Assembly: GCA_000165425.1 (NCBI GenBank)
Contig: CT867996.1
Location: 1 to 64,000, forward strand
DNA length: 64,000 nt
Direction of reading: 5' to 3'
Source of the DNA: Paramecium tetraurelia
Lineage: Eukaryota
A model generated the notes under the pieces. It did no database searches. It saw only the letters and a program-made list of their open reading frames with translations, and was not told the DNA's origin. Shown here piece after piece: positions 56,953-64,000 of the stretch (positions are counted from its first letter, which is position 1; every line of letters begins with the position of its first letter). Made by a program: the position numbers and the translations under genes.

Positions 56953-57365
56953 TCACATTCCAACTCTGCTAATTATTTGAATGTTATCCTACTCTCCTAT
57001 TTACTTAACTTTATACCCGCAACATTTTGCCTTTATGGAATTCTATTTCAGAATATAATTTAATTTTATACTGCTGCCAATTTATTTCTTATCAACTCGT
57101 CCTTAAAAGTCTTTCTATGAGCAAAAAGAATTGTCTTTGCAGATGAATACTTTATCCCAGCCTTTTGGGCTGCCTAATAAAGAGTTTAAACCAAAAACTT
57201 TACATCTTGGATTTTATAGCTTTCAAATAAAAAGAGCTGGAGGAACAATAACTTTGCCTCAGAGCTAATATAAGTGTAATTTCTTGGCTTTTGCTCAAGT
57301 TTTCTCTTTTTTGTAAAGTGGCGATGCTTTATAAAGGTGAATTAAGTCTAGTCAACTGAGGCCAT
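56953..57365 (-). CDS. Small helix-turn-helix (homeodomain-like) protein, 117 aa
   Basis: Introns 57174-57203 and 57043-57071; spliced length 354 nt. HTH-like segment KIQDAAQKAGIKYSSAKTIL, preceded by the basic stretch KKRK...RNYTYIS. Confidence 0.8.
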
Positions 57366-57793
57366 GACGTAATCAATTTACAATGAAATTAATAAAAAAA
57401 TTATTTGTTTAAAATTATGAAAAGTCAATTTTATTAATAATCATCAATTTTTTTTATTCATAACTATTACTAAGATGAGTAGAGGATAACATTTATTGCA
57501 ATTTTATTAAGATAATATAGGATTTATTTTGCATTTAATTCAATATTTTAAATTAACTAATTCTATTTTAATTTCTGAAATTCTTAATCTATTTCTTCAT
57601 TAAACTAAAAAGTATTCATTTTAATTTAAAATATTTATAGTATTCAGATATTACTCTCTCTTTTGTTTAAATTAAATGAAGGAAAATATATAAAAAAAAT
57701 TTTCTAAAGAATTCAATATTAATTATCAATATATTTATTATTTAATTAATAAATTATGAAATAAAATGTTTAATGCTTTTTATCACAACCGAA

Positions 57794-60151
57794 TCATTAA
57801 TTATTTTTTTATTTTAAAGCTTTTTCTTTCCTCTCTATTTCTTTTAAACATATTTCTAACAAATAAATTTAAAACAAATAACCTTTTAACTTTAAGCTAT
57901 TTTCATCATTGGGATCTATTATTAAAGCCCTTTCAATCACTTTTTGTGCTTACTTTGGCTCGCCTTACTTTCTTAAACAATTGCCTAAAATACAGTTTAG
58001 ACTTACTTAATCCTCTTAGACAAAAAATTCGATTTTTATCAATATTAAGTGCTTTTTCATAGCATTCTTATGCTTCTTTATATTTCGTTAATAATCTTAG
58101 GCTTTCTCCTAAAGTTTCAGTAAAATATATACCTTTTCCGGTTAAAGACATAGAATCATTTTCATTTAAGTCTAATGACTTATTATAATAATGAATTGAA
58201 TCTTCATATCTTCCTAAACATCTTAGACTTTCAGCTAAGAAATAAACAAAAAATACACCTTTTCCTAATAAAGATAATGAGTGATTTTAATTCAGCTTTA
58301 AGGCTTGATCATAAAATTCTATTGATTTTTGATACTCTCCCTATGCGCTTAGAATGTCACCTAATTTAATTTAACACACTAACCTCTTCCTCTTAAATTC
58401 ATAAAGAAAATCGGGTCATCGCTTTATGATTCTCCATTAGCCTTATTTAAGGATTCCTAATAGTATTCATCTGCTTCTTTGAATTTTTTTTGCATTCTTA
58501 AGCATTCTCCTATAAAAATATTAATAATGAGACCTTTTCCATACAGCGATAAGCAATTTTTATTTAGTTTTAAAGCTTTATCCAAAGTTTCTAATGACTC
58601 TGGAAATTTATGCATTAATCTTAAGCAATTTGCTTTGCCATTTAATGATGGAATATCATTTGGGTATTTTTCAAGAGCCTTCTCATACAATTTTAAAGCC
58701 TCTTCATATTTTCTATCCTTTTTTAAATTATCAGCTATGGATTATTAATGTAAATTACCAGAAATACAGAATTCAAGAACTTCGTTTTTATCGAAAGGTT
58801 CAGGTGCTGTTAAGTTGGGTGTTTATTTTTCATCTAACTAGTCTTAAATCGATTTATTAGATTCATCTTCATTGTTTTAAATATACAGTGGATTTTCTGA
58901 GGTCCTAGTTTAAAATATGCCACTAATTAAAGAAGGGTCTTCTGTTTGAAAGTCAACATCTTGTTTTTCACCTTAATTTGAATCATCAAAATCCATAGGT
59001 ATTGTATTTTGTTCCAACTCAAATAAGCATAAACCTAAAATTTAGTACAGTTTTTAAAAAAAAATACCTTTTCCAAATAATGAATCTACATTTTTCTAAT
59101 CGATCTCTAAAGCTAAATCATATTATTAAATAGCTTCTTTATATAACTCTTAATGCCTTAAACATTCACCTAAAATATAATTTTATAAAACCTAATCCTA
59201 CAAGAGATAATAAATTTTTTTCATCCATTTACAATACCCTCTCATACAAAGGTTTTGATTGTAAATAATCCTCAAGCATTCTTAGACATTCACCTAGAAA
59301 TTTTATGATTCTCTTACCTTTTCCAACTAATGATGGGATATCATTTAATTCAATTTCCAACGCTTTGTCATAATATGGAATTGCCACTAAGAATTCTTTT
59401 AGCAATCTGTGGCAATCACCTAAGCTTCTCCAACAAATTAGGTTTTTTTGGTCTATATCTGTAGCTTACTTATAAATAACGATCGATTCTTTATACTTTT
59501 CTTATTTTTTTAATATGTCAGCTAAAAATTTGAATTACTTATTAAACCTGTTTAAATATAATAATGAATGGATCTTTTTTCTTCTTCGGTTAATTAAATG
59601 GAGGGTTTTTCATTATTTTAGTTACTTGATTAAGCATTATCATAGATCGTATCTATTTTATTATCTTCATCACTTTAGTTAATTTCAATTGTTTCATTTT
59701 TAACATTTACCAATTCAATCAATTTTTTTATTTCTTCGATGTATATATTACTAATATTCTATATTTTCTTCTTAATCTGGTCAGATTTCTTATCGAATTT
59801 TAAAATATTATCAAGCAATTTGTGTTTTTAATTACTTTGCGAAAGATTGAGGTCTACAGAATGTTATGCCATAATAACGGCCTATAGTTGTTTAATAGGT
59901 TCTGTCACAGAATTACATAATGAAGATAAGTAATCCTCTAATTCTTAATATTTCTAAACCTGATCTTGGATATAGAGTTCAGCTTCTTAAGAGTTTACTA
60001 GTTGATGATTTTTGTGATTTTCAAATTCTACACATTTATCACAAATGAATCTAAATTCAGAACAACTTTCAGCTAGGCAAATGGATTTTACTACGCTTAG
60101 GTGATGCCCTAACTAGCAATATAGTTCGATCCATTATGATTGCTACGACAT
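57794..60151 (-). CDS. B-box-like Zn finger / coiled-coil / two-cluster TPR protein with 10 introns
   Basis: N-terminus CQLGHH..ICLAESC..ICDKC..HKNH. Phase-1 introns at 59522-59547, 59294-59317, 59170-59191, 59035-59067, 58735-58758, 58510-58533, 58361-58383, 58235-58258, 58109-58132, 57985-58006 and 57856-57882 (10 within the TPR arrays plus one before them). An acidic linker separates the two TPR clusters. Confidence 0.9.
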
Positions 60152-60256
60152 AAATTTTAAATATGAAATCTGTTAATAAAAGAATGATGTTATAGAATAT
60201 ATTTATTTTTGAGGATTTGACTTTGAATTATTTGTTTATTAAATAAAATTTATTCA

Positions 60257-61178
60257 ATGTAAAATAATAACATTATGTGCGCATACCACCCAGAATCACC
60301 TGCACGTTATATATGTCAAGGTGAGAGTTGCTTCGAAAAAAGAATATTTTGCCATGCATGCTTGAAAAACAACAAACATATGCATAGTGTTAATAGAAAT
60401 GAATTAATAGAGGAATTACCATAAATTTTGGAGGGTTCACGTTAGGATTGTGATCACCTTTTAGAATTTATTGAAGAAACCTTTAAAGAAATCATTTTAT
60501 TTAAAGATTATTTAATTAGGGCTATTAGAAAGAAATATCACATTTAAATAGAGTTATTTAATGAAATTAATATTGAATCTAAATGCTAAGCATTAGATAA
60601 TTTAATCAAATTCAAAGAAGATTCAAAAATTATTTAATAAGTATTGGATCAACCATTTAAGACAGTTTTATCACATATTAAAGATGGAATAACAGATGTT
60701 TGTTTAGAATAAGTAACTTACCTAGGATAGATGACTGAATAAGAGCGACAGTAATTTCAAAATCATATCACCGAAAGTAATTTATTTATTGAAATATTAG
60801 GTTAGAATTTATTTTAATCCAACCGTTTGGAGGAAGCTTTAGAAAAGGTAGAGAGAGCACTAATTATAAATCCGAGAGATCTAGACGCTCTTATTTAAAA
60901 AGGTTTTCTTATTTTAAATGTTAGGCAATATATTAATGAGACTTCAAAGATTAAAGGAAGCTCAATAGCAATTTATTTAAGCTCTTAAAATTGATGAGTT
61001 GCATGTTACATCCAGGTTTGCATTAGGTATATATTTTTATAACTTTCCAGGTTCTTATTATATACGTACCAATTAAAGAAGACAGGCACTGCAATAGTAT
61101 TTTAAAATAATAGATATTAATCCTGGTAATCAATAAGCAATAATTTAAATTGATTAATTGCTAGAAGAAACTTATTGA
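60257..61178 (+). CDS. B-box-like Zn finger / coiled-coil / 3x TPR protein, 283 aa
   Basis: N-terminus CAYH..YICQGESC..IFCHAC..HMH. Phase-1 introns 60777-60800, 60903-60924 and 61027-61050; spliced length 852 nt. Confidence 0.88.
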
Positions 61179-61419
61179 ATATGAATTTATTATATTCTTC
61201 ATTTATATTAATTTTAACTAAATTTAAATAATTAATTAGAGAAATTCTCTATAGAGTATTGCATAATATAATCTTTTAGTAATCAATCAATGTATATTTG
61301 AATAAGGTTTATGAATTTTAAAGAATTTGCACTTTATCAAAAGCATAAAATAGAAATATAATAATAATAGATTCTAATTAATTTTATATATATTATAAAT
61401 TAAAATCAAATCTGATTGG

Positions 61420-61964
61420 ATGAATCAATTTCGATAAGAAGATAATTAAAAATAAGAGATCTAAGATGATAATCTAATGTTTTAATATAATTTTTATTAA
61501 ATAGAAGGCAAATACCAAACTATAGCAGGTTTCTACCTATAGCAAATATAAACAGAATCATGAAGAAAGCACTCCCTGAAAATGCGAAGATCGCTAAAGA
61601 TGCCAAAGAAACAGTATAAGAATGTGTTTCAGAGTAAGGAATAATTTGATAAATAGATTCATATCATTCATAACATCAGAAGCTTGTGAAAAATGCAAGA
61701 ATGAGAAAAGGAAGACAATAAATGGAGAAGACTTATTGTATGCCATTAACACATTGGGTTTTGAAAGTTATGTTGATATATTAAAACTCTATTTAAATAA
61801 ATATAGAGAGGTACAAAATGCATATCATTGGATAGGCAGTTAAGGCGGTAGAGGGCACAACAGGAGCAACTAATTAAAAAAGGAAAAGGCAAAATTCATC
61901 TGATGATGATGACGAGGATGATGAAGAAGATGAAGAAGATAACGATGATGATGATCAATCCTGA
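61420..61964 (+). CDS. NFYB: Nuclear transcription factor Y subunit B (histone fold, CBF-A/HAP3), 156 aa, with acidic tail
   Basis: Introns 61479-61504, 61634-61656 and 61811-61835; spliced length 471 nt. [63 protein letters not shown]. Confidence 0.95.
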
Positions 61965-62037
61965 ACAATTATTTAGATATAATGTTAATAAGTTTATTTA
62001 TTCATTTCTCATAGTCTTTTTAATTAAATAACAATAT

Positions 62038-62766
62038 TCAGGGTTTAACATTTTTTATTATTAAATTTTCTATAGAATTGTCGGTGTTTTTAATCATATA
62101 TAGTATGCTGTCCAAACAATCTCTCAAGATGGTATAGAAGTCCAAATCATTAATTTTCAGTGACATTCTGCTTAGCTATAAATTATAGTAGTCATCTTTG
62201 TAATTGGTCAGGTAGTGTTTCTTTATTTATTGATGCAATTATTGTAGTGAATTTCTGATTTCATTACTAATAATTTATAAATTCTAGCATTTAAGATAAT
62301 TAAGTGAAGTTTGGATTTGATTCTTTTCATATTTCAGTTATTCATTATCTTTAATTATAAGTTAACATTGCTCCTCCAACTTTTCCATTTGAGGTTAGAG
62401 GTTGTTAAATTATGTAAGCTGTTTCATTAGACTTTTGTTTTACAAATCCAATTGTGTAATTTTATTTTGCTATTCTCTAATGATGCCATCTTTCTATAAT
62501 AATATAGTTAAGAGTTGTTTTTTTTCTCTTTAAATTTATTCGAGTATTAGTGCATAACTATGGGTTTAAGTTAATTTCTTATCTTGTTGTTGATGCTTGA
62601 TTTCTGGCTTAGTGAAAGTAGTTTAAGATTTTTTTAATAGATCGTCGATCTTGGAATTGACTTCAGTCAGACGGGAATTGCTTTGAGGAGTTTGGATAGT
62701 GGTCAGAGGATTGGATCTAAATGATAAGTTGGTTAAATGAGTAGAGGTAGATCTGGAAAACTTCAT
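62038..62766 (-). CDS. Hypothetical coiled-coil protein, 242 aa, intronless
   Basis: 729 nt open frame, ATG to TGA, in the ciliate code: MKFSRSTSTHL...IKNVKP. Confidence 0.75.
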
Positions 62767-62877
62767 TTAGAGGTTGTTATAATTTGTATTTTAATTTATA
62801 CTTGAATTAAAAGAGGATGAGCGATAGTGTTGATATATTAGTTTATATAAATAAATAGGTGATTAAATATATAAATA

Positions 62878-64000
62878 ATGAATTTCACAATAAATGAAAT
62901 ACGGAAATCGGGGACTCATGTAAATTAATTTATTATGACAGACAGAAGAAGAACTCAATCAACTAACATTGGATGAGAACATGGGGGAGTTGAGAAGAGC
63001 ACAATACATTCTTTAGAGAGGTCATCCAATTTAAAAATATGCAGTATGATAGATAGTAATTAGATTTACTCAAACATCCACAGGCTATTTAAAGTGAGTG
63101 GATTTAGTTTATTATTTCCCATAATTAACGAGGATTTGGTGAAGTAAGACGAAGACACAATTGCAATAGCCACAAAGGAATTTTTGTTGATTGCAAGGTA
63201 GATGAAAGAGAAGGAGTAACAGATATTGCTTAATCAAACATTTCATTTTATGAAGAATTACAATTTGAAATTGGCAGAAGGATGGTTTGAGTTATTTGAG
63301 ATGTTGTATTGTTGCGACATTCACAATTCAATTAAATTGATAAATGAGTTAACCGATATTGAGGCTGACACACATTGGCGTTAGAGAGGAGCTCGACTGC
63401 TACAGTATATACCATAGATCGAGAGAATACAATTACTTTGTATGGACAAGGATCCTCAGGTAAGGTTTGAGATTGTGAAGACAATATAGATTGTTTACTG
63501 TAGTTTTACTCCTGAGAAGTTTAGTACTTATTTGCAGATGAAGGTATATAAATAATATAACAATGAAGATTTTTGAGTTGATTTATGATTATGAAGTACA
63601 AGTAAGGATGGCAGCAATTGAGATGTTTTTTATGGTTTAATCTCATTTATAAGATAGGGAAAAAATGATTACAAAATAATTCTTTGAATTCCTAAGTTCC
63701 CAGAATGTATAAATTATAACAATAATGTCAAGAATATGTGGGAAAGTATTAATGGAAATCATGGATGTAAAACCTGATATTTAAAAATTTCTAAAAGTGT
63801 TCATTTCATTTGCTGAAAGCACAAATGAGGAATATCGAATTAACTTTGCCTACAATTTTCCTGCCATTCTTCAAATCCTAAAGGGAGAATGCTATGATTA
63901 ACTAAAAGAAACTTATTTACGATTGTTACAATTTGATACATCGACTCAAGTTAAGAACTTACTCCTGGCAAGCATCCCAGATGTGATCTCTACCTTGAAA
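62878..64000 (+). CDS. HEAT-repeat protein, Ser/Thr phosphatase 4 regulatory subunit 4-like (3' partial)
   Basis: After short introns the N-terminus reads TEEELNQLTLDENMGELRRAQYILQRGHPIQKYA, resembling the PP4R4 N-terminus. HEAT-like segments follow: LCMDKDPQVR, LIYDYEVQVRMAA, YRINFAYNFPAIL. Confidence 0.75.

Noticed and set aside
1..64000. Telomeric repeat tracts, transposase or reverse transcriptase genes, retained IESs, rRNA/tRNA genes
   Set aside because: None recognised by eye. Short retained IESs cannot be excluded without a germline/somatic comparison.

Overview
AT-rich ciliate DNA, most consistent with a Paramecium macronuclear scaffold. TAA/TAG read as Gln, TGA is the only stop, and introns are 19-33 nt GT-AG, so the supplied standard-code ORF track is mostly misleading. 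Re-translating by hand gave about 19 apparently intact genes, one frameshifted TPR gene and several decayed remnants. Recognisable genes: a TLDc protein, a vWA protein, a Cys-rich mini-antigen-like surface protein, three WD40 proteins, three TPR proteins, a MORN-variant repeat protein, a GPCR-PIP kinase fusion, a small HTH protein, NF-YB and a partial PP4R4-like HEAT protein. Three things stand out. (1) Eight loci share an N-terminal B-box-like Zn finger plus a helical/coiled-coil stalk, fused to interchangeable C-terminal modules (TPR, WD40, TLDc), a RING-less TRIM-like architecture. (2) The TPR genes are built from exact 102-nt one-repeat exons bounded by phase-1 introns. (3) A large secreted protein has about 12 or more near-identical 40-aa repeats carrying back-to-back N-glycosylation sequons, followed by a C-terminal cystatin domain. 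There are two assembly gaps. All translations are manual and no database searches were run.
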